A DNA stretch of 64,000 nucleotides from Bacillota bacterium. GTDB taxonomy: Bacteria; Bacillota; JAAYKD01. The position numbers and the translations under genes are program-made. The stretch is taken from assembly GCA_963666425.2 (NCBI GenBank), contig OY762825.2:416001-480000 (forward strand), given 5' to 3'. The notes under the pieces were generated by a model, which saw only the letters and a program-made list of their open reading frames with translations, did no database searches and had not been told where the DNA came from. This document shows, piece by piece, positions 20,252 through 29,624 of the stretch (positions are counted from its first letter, which is position 1; every line of letters begins with the position of its first letter).

Positions 20252-21118
20252 TTAAATCTTGTGCCAACACCCCCGTCCCCCTGGAACAATAGGAATCCAG
20301 AGTTCTATTTTGTTAGGTTGCAAACCATAAATTTCTATGGTATCCTGCGGTTCCAACTCATACCCTGAGCCCGGCAGCCACACGCCGTAAAACAGGCGAT
20401 ATGTTTCATTCAGTGGCCGCTTCTTTTCATCATGTACTATTTTAGCGTAGATAGCTGCTGGTATTTTTCTAATGACCAGATCTTCAGCATTCTGATTCCT
20501 ATCAATAATTTCCACAGCAAACAAATACTTAAAATCATCGTAATTGGTGATATTTGGAGCATATTCGCATATACCATACACAACATCAGTATTCGCAGCT
20601 GCTATATCTTTTTTTCGTTCTAGAAATTCAGCCCAATACTCCTCAATCGCAGATGAACCGGGTTTTACGATCCTTTCCAAACCCATCACCGAAAATTCAT
20701 TTCTCACAGCGATTTGCAGTTCAAAATCAAGTAAACGATCCGCTTTCTTTTGCCATTCTCTGATAAGATCGATCTTGTCAAACAAAACTGCATTCTTTCG
20801 TTGCTTTCTGAATCGACCTGGTGAAATTCCATATTCCCGGATAAATGCCCTGGTAAATACCTCCTGCGAATCAAAACCAAAATCACATCCGATGTCGATG
20901 ATCCTTTTTTCTGTCGTGCAAATTTCATATGCCGCATTGCTGATTCTTCTTTTTCGAATATATTCACCAATCGACATGCCAACCATGGCATCAAAAATTC
21001 TATAAAAATGCGTTTTTGAATAATAGGTCCGGCAGATTACTTCATCACAATCAATAACATCCTGTAAATGCTCTTCGATATAGTTGATAGAATCTTGCAT
21101 TCGCTCATAATAATTCAT
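20252..21118 (-). CDS. AraC family regulator with GyrI-like effector domain
   Basis: N-terminal double HTH (YIRKRR, FGFDSQEVFTRAF) and GyrI-like C-terminus; tail VPGGRGCWH is REP-encoded. Confidence 0.92.
   Translation of the reverse strand: MNYYERMQDSINYIEEHLQDVIDCDEVICRTYYSKTHFYRIFDAMVGMSIGEYIRKRRISNAAYEICTTEKRIIDIGCDFGFDSQEVFTRAFIREYGISPGRFRKQRKNAVLFDKIDLIREWQKKADRLLDFELQIAVRNEFSVMGLERIVKPGSSAIEEYWAEFLERKKDIAAANTDVVYGICEYAPNITNYDDFKYLFAVEIIDRNQNAEDLVIRKIPAAIYAKIVHDEKKRPLNETYRLFYGVWLPGSGYELEPQDTIEIYGLQPNKIELWIPIVPGGRGCWHKI
20260..20288 (+). repeat. REP-1 singlet inside the AraC gene 3' end
   Basis: TGTGCCAACACCCCCGTCCCCCTGGAACA. Confidence 0.95.
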
Positions 21119-21142
21119 ATCTGCCTCTTATAAACCTACTTT

Positions 21143-22261
21143 TTATGGACGACTTAGGTGATCCCAGAACCCATCGGGTGCTTCCTCGTCCAATAACTCA
21201 GCAGTAAATGTTTCTATCTGATTGGATGAAGCAAATTGGAACTTCCTCCATTGATTGATACTGGGAGTACCAAAACAAATATCTGCTTCTGCCTTGGTTG
21301 CATTGAAAATAATCGACCAAATTGTTCCCATTCCATTTCCATAGTAGTGACACCCGAGACCGTATGGCATAGGGTCAGAAAGGATTTTCTTAAGTTCGTT
21401 GAATCCGCGTTTACTCGCTGCATCCTGAAACCATTCTTTTAAAAATTCATAGCGAATCACGGAATGACGCGGTGTATATAATTTCATTTTGCTGATCGTT
21501 TCAGAGTTATAATGATTTGTCGCAAACAAATATTCTTCTTTGGCATCGCTTCCGGCCAGGATAATTTCATGAGTAGAAGCAGCGGCTTCAATTAAAGCCG
21601 CGTTTCCCTTTTTATCAATCACCATGATGTTCCTAAAGTCTGCAAACTTGATTTTCTGAAACAAGCTCACCGCTTCCTGAACCGTTTTACACTCATTCAG
21701 CAACGCTCTTACCACAACGGGAAACACAAATCCATCTTCAGAGTAATTTGGATGAATCGCGCCGGCGGAAGTGGTTACACATAATCCCTCCTCGTTCATC
21801 CCGTCAAAGCGGCCAAAAACCTGACAGCCAAACCCAATCTGTCGATATTGTCCCTGAATAGAAGATTCTATCAGAATCGGTTCCTCGCTTAAGCCGAAGT
21901 CGTAATTGCGCGCCAGATAGCAATTACCATCATCGCTCACAGAGGGTGTTAACGCTATTTGACTGCAATTACCCTGATTTAACTGTAGATACGCATAATA
22001 TAACGTCATATCCTCAGCCTTTGCACCAACAGCATCGGCAAATCCACAGATTTCCTCATTAATCCCCGGACAAAACCGATCATACAACTCTCTTGTTTTC
22101 TGAAATTGCCCATAGGTAAGCCGATTTCCTCCCATGAACGGCGTTGTCAGCTTTTTAATCAATGCTTGATCTCGTTTTAAAAATCTGCCGAGCTGTTGTC
22201 CTGCCTCATAAGGACTTCCTTCAATAACGCAGTGCCTAAATACCATTTTTCTGCTTTCCAT
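21143..22261 (-). CDS. C45 family peptidase / Ntn-hydrolase
   Basis: GNCSQ nucleophile site, ARNYD, DGMNEEGL and TNH motifs. Confidence 0.88.
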   Translation of the reverse strand: MESRKMVFRHCVIEGSPYEAGQQLGRFLKRDQALIKKLTTPFMGGNRLTYGQFQKTRELYDRFCPGINEEICGFADAVGAKAEDMTLYYAYLQLNQGNCSQIALTPSVSDDGNCYLARNYDFGLSEEPILIESSIQGQYRQIGFGCQVFGRFDGMNEEGLCVTTSAGAIHPNYSEDGFVFPVVVRALLNECKTVQEAVSLFQKIKFADFRNIMVIDKKGNAALIEAAASTHEIILAGSDAKEEYLFATNHYNSETISKMKLYTPRHSVIRYEFLKEWFQDAASKRGFNELKKILSDPMPYGLGCHYYGNGMGTIWSIIFNATKAEADICFGTPSINQWRKFQFASSNQIETFTAELLDEEAPDGFWDHLSRP

Positions 22262-22463
22262 TTATGAACCTCCCGTGCTATTTTCAGTGTATTTATCAAT
22301 AACTGACAGTATAGCAAATTGATAAATGGAAAGTTTGATGTTTTTTAACATGCGAGCTCAAAAAAGTTGGAGTAAATTTCTAGTTAAAGGGACGGAGGGT
22401 AGCAAGATCCTCTGATTAAACACATGTTTACTTTTAGTATACTGCTTTTCTCTATTGAAAAGC

Positions 22464-22492
22464 AGTATACTCTCTCCTATTTTCCATGTCAA
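22464..22492 (-). promoter_or_regulatory. sigma-A promoter, paralog of the RAYT promoter
   Basis: TTGACA-17 nt-TATACT; the -10 lies in a 15-bp perfect inverted repeat at 22436-22471. Confidence 0.7.
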
Positions 22493-22517
22493 TCTTCCAT
22501 TTTTTTGGATTTAATCT

Positions 22518-22559
22518 TGTGCCAACACCCCCGTCCCCCTGGCACGTCCCCCTGGCACA
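22518..22559 (+). repeat. REP-1 with internal 13-bp tandem duplication
   Basis: TGTGCCAACACCCC-(CGTCCCCCTGGCA)x2-CA; 1 nt from a stop codon. Confidence 0.95.
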
Positions 22560-22560
22560 T

Positions 22561-23172
22561 TTATTTTGTGAGCCTTCCAGTATAAGTGAAGCTGTCATCC
22601 GAGGTAATCTGAATTGAGTTGCTGGCAATTTCCGTTTCATCCTTATATGCTTTCAGCAATAGGGTGCATTTGCGAGCCATTGGTTCGTGATTTTCTGCCT
22701 GCATCGGCGTCCAATAAACCGTTTCGCCGGATTTTATTTCTAATTCCTTTCCTTGCGCCAGCACCCGCCCATCCGGTGACGTCCAGAGCAGCAGTTCTCC
22801 CTCACTCACTGTCAACAAAATGTAATCCGCTTGCGTGTATAATATTTTCAATGGGAAACCAGGCACACTGCTCATCGTCACTTGATATTTCCCGAGAGGA
22901 AACTCGACAGCGCGCTCGACAGAATAACTGCTGCCGTCGGCGGCATAGGCGGTAATCATGAATCCATTGGCTGTTCGATTTCCTAAATTTTGCAGCAATG
23001 GGATGCCGAAGATCATCACTGCTGCCAAGGCGCAGGTAACCGCAAGGGCAGATATTGCTTTCTTAAATGGGAAAAGCTGCTTTCGGCTGCTTTGTTTGGC
23101 ATGCCGGATGATTTCCTTTTTCTGTTCATCCCCCAGTTTTATTTCATTCATGCCGTTAATGTATTGATTCAT
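22561..23172 (-). CDS. putative anti-sigma factor (single TM)
   Basis: overlaps the ECF sigma gene; short N-terminus, one TM and an external domain. Confidence 0.6.
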   Translation of the reverse strand: MNQYINGMNEIKLGDEQKKEIIRHAKQSSRKQLFPFKKAISALAVTCALAAVMIFGIPLLQNLGNRTANGFMITAYAADGSSYSVERAVEFPLGKYQVTMSSVPGFPLKILYTQADYILLTVSEGELLLWTSPDGRVLAQGKELEIKSGETVYWTPMQAENHEPMARKCTLLLKAYKDETEIASNSIQITSDDSFTYTGRLTK

Positions 23173-23665
23173 TTGCTGCACCTCCGTTTATTTCCATTTT
23201 GAGCAATTCTCTTGCTCTTCTCAACTGAGTGCGAACCGTTGCCTCGTTCCTGTTTAATAATTGCGCTATTTCTGCAGTACTGTAGTTCTCAAAATAGTGT
23301 AAATAAATCACACTTCGATACTTGATGGGGAGAGCCAAAACCAGAGCGACTACTTCCCTGTTTTCTTTCTCTTGGATCGGTAAAACTGTTGTTTTCTCAT
23401 CCATTGGCAAGAAGAAATTCCTCCAACCACCCCTTAGGACATCTTTACAGGCGTTGATTGTCACCCGGATTATCCAAGCTTTTTCGTGTTCCAAATCTGT
23501 AAATACTCTGTTCTGTTCAAAAATCTTCATGAAGACATTTTGACAGACATCCTGTGCATCAGGCAGATTTCTCAGATAGGTTAAAGCAAGGCGCAATACC
23601 ATATCAGAATACCTTTGAACTAAATCCGAAATGTAATCGTCCGTACGCGACGATTCAATTTCCAT
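23156..23665 (-). CDS. ECF RNA polymerase sigma factor
   Basis: DAQDVCQNVF, KAWIIRVTIN and EIAQLL..TVRTQLRRAR. Confidence 0.92.
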   Translation of the reverse strand: MEIESSRTDDYISDLVQRYSDMVLRLALTYLRNLPDAQDVCQNVFMKIFEQNRVFTDLEHEKAWIIRVTINACKDVLRGGWRNFFLPMDEKTTVLPIQEKENREVVALVLALPIKYRSVIYLHYFENYSTAEIAQLLNRNEATVRTQLRRARELLKMEINGGAANESIH

Positions 23666-23811
23666 TCTGATCACGCTCCTCTCACCCATAACACGATTCA
23701 AAACAAGAAAATGTTTCACTCGGTAAATTTAATTTTTTATCTTTGTTACTTCAGCTTATCATCTATATTTTGCTTTTCAACCTGTTTTTTCCTGCAATCT
23801 GCACATTTTCT

Positions 23812-23840
23812 TGTGCCAAGGGGACGGGGGTGTTGGCACA
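23812..23840 (-). repeat. REP-1 singlet
   Basis: TGTGCCAAGGGGACGGGGGTGTTGGCACA, 3 nt upstream of a -35 box. Confidence 0.95.
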
Positions 23841-23843
23841 TGC

Positions 23844-23891
23844 TTGACAAACGAGCGGGCTGTCTTTATAATATGCCCCATAGGGGTATAT
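23844..23891 (+). promoter_or_regulatory. sigma-A promoter plus CsoR-type operator
   Basis: TTGACA-17 nt-TATAAT followed by ATATGCCCCATAGGGGTATAT (C-tract/G-tract palindrome typical of CsoR/RcnR sites). Confidence 0.85.
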
Positions 23892-23929
23892 GGCATCTTG
23901 TTCTATTTTTGGAAAGGCGGCGCTCTCTA

Positions 23930-25825
23930 ATGGGATTTATGAGAAAATTACGGGAAGAAGAATCGTTTCGCACGCTGTGTTTGACAATTTTGTCGGGAAT
24001 CTTTCTCTTGGCAAGCTTTTTTGGCTGGCTTTCGGATCTGCCTTTTGATCCGGCCTGGATCGCCATTCTGATCAGCGGAATTCCAATTGTATTTGGCGCT
24101 GTGCGGGGATTGGTCAAAGAATTTGATGTGACGGCCGATGTGCTGGTTGCAATTGCTCTGATTGCCGCTGTTTGGATTGGAGAATACTTTGCTGCCGGCG
24201 AAGTTGCTTTCATTATGCAATTAGGCAAGGTCCTTGAAGACGTCACTGCCGGAAAATCACATCAAAGCCTGCAGGCGCTGATCAATCTGACTCCGCAGAA
24301 AGCCTGTATCCGCACCGCAGAAGGTGAAAAAATCATTCTGGCCTCCGCAGTAAAAAGCGGCGACCTCATTTTAATCCGTCCCGGTGAATCCATCCCGGTG
24401 GACGGCAAGATTATTCACGGTAATACCGCCATCAATCAATCGGTGATGACCGGGGAATCCGTGCCGGTTGACCGCACAATCGGCGACGAAGTCTACCAAG
24501 GAACGATCAACCAGCAAGGTGCGATTGAAATTGAAGCCACTCAGGTTGGCGAGGATTCTTCACTGAAAAAGATGATTCATTTAGTAGAGGAAGCGGAAGA
24601 AAACAAAGCACCCATTGTGCGTATCGCGGATAAATGGGCACGCATTCTTGTCCCGGTTGCTCTGGGCTGCTCTCTGCTGATTTGGCTGCTCACCAAAGAT
24701 ATTTATCGCGCCGTGACGGCGCTCGTTGTCTTCTGTCCCTGTTCCCTGATCCTTGCCACTCCCACCGCGATGATGGCTGCCATCGGCAATGCAACCAAAA
24801 ATGGCATTCTAATCAAGTCCGGCGCAGCGGTGGAAGCCGTGGCAAAACTCGATACGCTGGTGATGGATAAAACCGGCACCTTAACCTACGGTAAACTGCA
24901 AGTGGAAGAGCTTCAGATTCTTGACTCGAAGCTGGAGCGCAATCGTTTTCTCGCTCTGATCGCCAGTGCAGAGAAATTCTCCGAGCATCCCTTGGCAAAA
25001 GCCATCCTAAACTATGCACAAAGTCAGGGTATCGTGGCAAAAGATCCCGGCAGTTTTGAAATGCAAGCAGGCAAAGGCGTTACCGCAATGGTAGATGGGC
25101 ACAGAATTTCACTTGGCGAAAAAATCATTGGCTCAGAACAGATCCAAAATCATCCTGTGGCAGCCCGGATGATTGAACAAATGCAAAAACAGGGTAAAAC
25201 TGTTTTACCCGTTCTCTGTGATGGAATAATCATCGGTATCATCTCCATCGCCGATACGCTCCGCAAAGAAGCGAAAAGCACCCTTGCCGAACTGAAACGC
25301 AGCGGCATTACGCGCATTGTTATGCTGACCGGCGATCATCAGGCTGTAGCCGACTTCATTGGAACTGCAGCTGGTGTCACCGATCTCTTTGCTTCCCAGT
25401 TACCGGAAGATAAAGTAAATTCCATTCGGCGCCTAACGCAGCAGGGGTATTCGGTCGGCATGGTCGGTGACGGCATTAATGATGCTCCTGCGCTTGCCAC
25501 CGCTTCTGTCGGCATTGTCATGGGAGCCATCGGTTCCGATGTAGCCTTGGAAGCCGCCGATATCGCTCTGATGGGCGACGACATCAGCAAACTGCCCTTT
25601 TTGATTCGGATCTGCCGCAAAACAAAAAGCCGGATCGTTTTCAACATCGTGATTTCCATGATTCTCAACTTTGGCGCCATCATTCTGGCAGGCTTTGGCT
25701 GGCTGACTCCTGTCACTGCGGCATTGGTTCATAATTTTGGCTCGGTCTTCGTCGTCATAAATTCCGCTTTACTGCTAACTTATCGGGAACCGGCTGCGCT
25801 CACTTCACCAATAACTACCGACTAA
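23930..25825 (+). CDS. heavy-metal P1B-type ATPase
   Basis: TGES, CPC, DKTGT, SEHP and GDGIND motifs; no N-terminal metal-binding domain; start moved to ATG 23930. Confidence 0.95.
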   Translation: MGFMRKLREEESFRTLCLTILSGIFLLASFFGWLSDLPFDPAWIAILISGIPIVFGAVRGLVKEFDVTADVLVAIALIAAVWIGEYFAAGEVAFIMQLGKVLEDVTAGKSHQSLQALINLTPQKACIRTAEGEKIILASAVKSGDLILIRPGESIPVDGKIIHGNTAINQSVMTGESVPVDRTIGDEVYQGTINQQGAIEIEATQVGEDSSLKKMIHLVEEAEENKAPIVRIADKWARILVPVALGCSLLIWLLTKDIYRAVTALVVFCPCSLILATPTAMMAAIGNATKNGILIKSGAAVEAVAKLDTLVMDKTGTLTYGKLQVEELQILDSKLERNRFLALIASAEKFSEHPLAKAILNYAQSQGIVAKDPGSFEMQAGKGVTAMVDGHRISLGEKIIGSEQIQNHPVAARMIEQMQKQGKTVLPVLCDGIIIGIISIADTLRKEAKSTLAELKRSGITRIVMLTGDHQAVADFIGTAAGVTDLFASQLPEDKVNSIRRLTQQGYSVGMVGDGINDAPALATASVGIVMGAIGSDVALEAADIALMGDDISKLPFLIRICRKTKSRIVFNIVISMILNFGAIILAGFGWLTPVTAALVHNFGSVFVVINSALLLTYREPAALTSPITTD

Positions 25826-25870
25826 ACACCGGTTCATCCCACAATCAGCGAAAAATGAGGAGGTCATATT

Positions 25871-26152
25871 ATGTCCGCACATCCCCATCACGATACCGAG
25901 AAACTCTGCCAACGGCTCAACCGAGTCGAAGGGCAGTTAGGCGGGATTCGCAAGATGCTTGAAAATGATAAACCCTGCGATGAAATTATCATCCAATTGA
26001 ATGCCGCTAAAGCAGCTTTACAGAAGGTCAGTCAGATTATTTTGGAAGATCATCTCGATCATTGTGTGATTGACGCGCTCCGCGATGGCAAAAGTGAAGT
26101 TCAGATTGATAGTTTAAAACGTGCGCTCAGCCAATATACCAAAATGGTCTAG
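25871..26152 (+). CDS. CsoR/RcnR family metal-sensing repressor
   Basis: RLNRVEGQ, C-DEIIIQ and HLDHC motifs. Confidence 0.93.
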   Translation: MSAHPHHDTEKLCQRLNRVEGQLGGIRKMLENDKPCDEIIIQLNAAKAALQKVSQIILEDHLDHCVIDALRDGKSEVQIDSLKRALSQYTKMV

Positions 26153-26160
26153 TAAAAGCT

Positions 26161-26189
26161 TGTGCCAACACCCCCGTCCCCTTGGCACA
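26161..26189 (+). repeat. REP-1 singlet
   Basis: exact consensus, 8 nt after the csoR stop. Confidence 0.95.
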
Positions 26190-26232
26190 CAAAAGCAGCA
26201 GGTCACATAAAAAAGTGACCTGCTGCCTTTTG
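26190..26232. terminator. bidirectional terminator
   Basis: GCAGCAGGTCAC-loop-GTGACCTGCTGC with A/T tails. Confidence 0.8.
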
Positions 26233-26242
26233 TTACTGCATT

Positions 26243-27058
26243 CTAGTGTTCCGACACGAGTTGCCTTAACGCGTCAACCAGTTGATTCCATTCTGCGTAG
26301 GAAGATACCACACCGTCGCTGATGGCACCGAGCCGAAGCACCGCAAGCAGCCTTTCGGCGCAATTTTCCGGTTTGAGCTGGAAACGGTCGATCCACTCCA
26401 TTGTCCTTTTGCGGCTGGGGAAATAGACTCTGTTGAGCGAAAACAGCACTTGTAAAAAATGGTCAAGCGCCAAGTCCAAGGCAAAATGGTAGAAAAGCAG
26501 GTCTTTTCTGCTGACTGCGCGCAGCAGATCCTCACGATCGGCGAGCTGCTCCAAATGGTACTCCATTAACTTTTGCGCCAATGAATCGGGATAGCACGAC
26601 AATCTGTCTTTGATGCTGCCGAAGAAACCAGTTTTATCATAGAACACCTGTATCTCTTGCAGCATCGCACAGCGTCCGGTCGGGTAGTAATAATTATCCA
26701 ATCTTTCCAGGTATTCTCCCTGGAGAATGGCAGCAACTTCCCGGGCCGTCTCTGCTGTCGTGAAGTACATCAGCCATGTTTCCACCCCGTTGAGCAGCAC
26801 AAGATCGCCAACACCCCAATGGCCACCCTGAAAAACATTGCTTTGGACTGCCGGCAGCAGGCCGTTCGAGTGGTTGAAAATCGCTTGTCTATTCACCAAA
26901 TCAGGGATTTCTCTGCAATAAATGAATAGATCGATATCTCCCTCCCCTGCTGCGGGGATTGCTTTTTCGCTCCCGCTTCTGCCAATCGCCTCAACTACCT
27001 CAAAAGCTGAAAGCTGCTTCACAATCTCCTGCAGGAGTTGCTCTGTTGCAGGTATCAT
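26243..27058 (-). CDS. nucleotidyltransferase-fold / DUF4037 protein
   Basis: GS..GDIDL motif; LFSLNRVYFPSRKR. Confidence 0.7.
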   Translation of the reverse strand: MIPATEQLLQEIVKQLSAFEVVEAIGRSGSEKAIPAAGEGDIDLFIYCREIPDLVNRQAIFNHSNGLLPAVQSNVFQGGHWGVGDLVLLNGVETWLMYFTTAETAREVAAILQGEYLERLDNYYYPTGRCAMLQEIQVFYDKTGFFGSIKDRLSCYPDSLAQKLMEYHLEQLADREDLLRAVSRKDLLFYHFALDLALDHFLQVLFSLNRVYFPSRKRTMEWIDRFQLKPENCAERLLAVLRLGAISDGVVSSYAEWNQLVDALRQLVSEH

Positions 27059-27288
27059 TTTATTAAATCTCCCCTCTCCCTAAATGCATTAAATGTGCTA
27101 AGAAGTCAACGCGTTATCCACCAAAGGATCTGACATGCCAATGATGAACGGAAAGCTAAGTTAACAGACAAAACAAAACAACCCATTACCGTTATCGGTG
27201 TGGTAGAATAAAAGCAGAATCGAAATTCGCAGCCAATAGTTGCCGGTTCAGGAAGCCCGCGTTTTGATAAATATGCAGGGAATTTGGA

Positions 27289-27972
27289 TTGAAGGTGATC
27301 CTATTGAAATCATTAATTCATGAATTTTCCGGCTTTTCACCGGAAATGCTTGATTTCCTTTTTGAACTTCGGTTTACCAACACAATTGAAAAACAAGCGG
27401 ACCATCTTGTTCGGTATAAAACACTGATTTCCGAACCGCTGGCTCTGCTTTATGGAGCCCTGCTTACTACGGTTTCTGAGTTGAATTTACCGGTTGAAAC
27501 AAAACCTGCCCGCTGTATCTCATCACCTTATACCGATCGGCGTTTTTCACCGAATGTACCGCTAAAAGAATATTTCTACATTCGTTTTAAGCAATACAGC
27601 AAAAGCACCGATATCCCCGGCCTTTATTTTGACCTGGGATTAGAACATTACGGTTATGGCATCCGTATTTATAAGCAAACAGCTTCTAATATGGCTCAGC
27701 TTCGGGAAAAAATACTCGAAGCAACTGACCAATACTCTGTAATTTTGGATGAAATCTACGCTGCCGGTTTTGTAGTAAGTGGTGAAAAATATAAAAAAGA
27801 TCACTATCCAAGCTTACACGACTGCACTGCAAAGGAAATTCTTAACCGCCGTGGTTTTTATATTGAAAAAGCTGTACCAGTGGGCGGAAATGTGTTTTCC
27901 CCTGCTCTTGCTGATGAATTGTCGGAAGCTTTTAGACTACTCAGGAAAATGTTTCTGCTATTGGGAGAATAG
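27289..27972 (+). CDS. DUF2461-like protein
   Basis: FSGFSPEMLDFLFEL and DRRFS..PLK. Confidence 0.6.
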   Translation: MKVILLKSLIHEFSGFSPEMLDFLFELRFTNTIEKQADHLVRYKTLISEPLALLYGALLTTVSELNLPVETKPARCISSPYTDRRFSPNVPLKEYFYIRFKQYSKSTDIPGLYFDLGLEHYGYGIRIYKQTASNMAQLREKILEATDQYSVILDEIYAAGFVVSGEKYKKDHYPSLHDCTAKEILNRRGFYIEKAVPVGGNVFSPALADELSEAFRLLRKMFLLLGE

Positions 27973-28094
27973 CCTTTTGCCAAAGCAATTTCGCTTGTGT
28001 TGGCAAAAGGGTAATAGAACAGGCTTGAAAAATAGATTTTCAACTTTTCAGGTTAATTATACCCTATTTTGAGCTGGTTTTAAAGATGATTTTA

Positions 28095-28156
28095 TGTACC
28101 AAGGGGACGGGGGTGTTGGCACAAGTTTGTGCCAACACCCCCGTCCCCTTGGTACA
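28095..28156. repeat. REPIN-like inverted REP-1 doublet
   Basis: perfect 29-bp arms, spacer AGTT; both outer ends carry the TGTACC variant. Confidence 0.95.
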
Positions 28157-28157
28157 G

Positions 28158-28823
28158 TTACTTAACTCCCCGAATCAAGAGCCAGAACATAAAGGGAAAC
28201 TCGGCCATCATAGCAGGCAGCAATAACGCCGTCTCCAGCGTACTGCTGGGAATGAGAAAATGGATGATCACAGCAAGCAGGCCGCAGACAGTCTCGATTG
28301 CAAACAAGATGCCGAATACTTTGGGCAGAAAACCAGACTGATAAATCAAAATACCCAGCGGCAGCACCCAGAGGGCAAAGAAAACCTGACCGATCATATA
28401 ACCGTGCTCATAAATCCGGAAAGACAAGATAGCCAGCGACTGCAGCTGATTGCCGGAAAAACCGCTCCAGGCACTGCCTCCGCTCAGAATCAGCAGCGGC
28501 GCATATTCATTAAGAAGATTGATCAGAAGCAGCGTGCTTCCCGCTGCAGCGAACAATACCATCACGGCAGCCAAATTCCGATTGACCGAAGCCAGCAGCT
28601 GATATAACGCGATTGCCGTGAACAAATAGCACACCGACATCAGAAGATCGCTGACAATCCCCGCCCGAAAGAGAAAGCTCTGCGATATAATTCTGGCTGC
28701 GGTCTCCGCCGCATTGGCGGGAACAAAAAGTTTTTGCCGGAAGAAAACCTCAGCAAAAAGGCCGAACACAACCATTAACAGAAAGAAGAATCCCGACAGC
28801 CGCGCTGTTTTATTCGCATTCAT
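28158..28823 (-). CDS. DUF4386 membrane protein
   Basis: ARLSG, FRAGI..DL, FFALW..PLG.LIYQSGFLPK and WLLIRG. Confidence 0.85.
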   Translation of the reverse strand: MNANKTARLSGFFFLLMVVFGLFAEVFFRQKLFVPANAAETAARIISQSFLFRAGIVSDLLMSVCYLFTAIALYQLLASVNRNLAAVMVLFAAAGSTLLLINLLNEYAPLLILSGGSAWSGFSGNQLQSLAILSFRIYEHGYMIGQVFFALWVLPLGILIYQSGFLPKVFGILFAIETVCGLLAVIIHFLIPSSTLETALLLPAMMAEFPFMFWLLIRGVK

Positions 28824-28838
28824 GAATTACAACCCTCT

Positions 28839-29624
28839 CTAATATTCTATTTTGTGATCCATCAGCCAGGCGGTTCCGCGTAAGCTCCCAAACAAAACCA
28901 GAACACTGACCAGGACAGAACTTAAGGAATCTTCACCCAGCAAGTTGAATCGGATAATGGGGAATTGCAGCATCAATTCATTCAAGAATCCCAGTATTGT
29001 GATCACCGTAACGAACATGAGCATTCCGATCAAAACAGCGGCTTTACTTTTATGAGAAAACATCTTAGAAAAGGCAATGCAGAAATAAACAATCATATAA
29101 AGCGAAGCAAAACAAAAAATGATGTAGAGAATATCCAACAAGAGCAAACCGGGAGAGGCAAAAGCTTTCTGCAAGGCGCTACGGAAAATATCGAGCACTT
29201 TTTTGTCAAACCGGCTGCTGATTAAAATAAAAGCGGTCACCGAGACTGCGCTGCAGCTTAAACCAACGATTGCGCTGGTCAAGACGGTTGCCAATTTTGC
29301 TGCAAGCTTTTTCCAGGAAGCAATCGGGGTCAGCAGTTCCAACACGGCTTGCTTGCCGGATAAATCCTCGTTGAAACGTGTAATCCCCTCAAAAAAAGGA
29401 AACAAACCAATCAAAATGGCTGCCAGGAAAAAAAGCAGCATGGCAATCACGGCAGGTGTTCCCATGTTTTCACATTCATAATTACTTTCCGTGAATACTC
29501 TCGTCATATTGACATTCCAGAAGAAGGTCCTCGCTACAAACAGCAATACAGTCTGGAGCAAAACATATCCCAGCAAAATGTTCCTGGAAGCTTTCCATCT
29601 TTTCACAAATTCAAATTTCAGCAA
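28839..29624 (-). CDS. ABC transporter permease
   Basis: 6 TM segments; in a GntR-ATPase-permease operon. Confidence 0.75.
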   Translation of the reverse strand: MLKFEFVKRWKASRNILLGYVLLQTVLLFVARTFFWNVNMTRVFTESNYECENMGTPAVIAMLLFFLAAILIGLFPFFEGITRFNEDLSGKQAVLELLTPIASWKKLAAKLATVLTSAIVGLSCSAVSVTAFILISSRFDKKVLDIFRSALQKAFASPGLLLLDILYIIFCFASLYMIVYFCIAFSKMFSHKSKAAVLIGMLMFVTVITILGFLNELMLQFPIIRFNLLGEDSLSSVLVSVLVLFGSLRGTAWLMDHKIEY

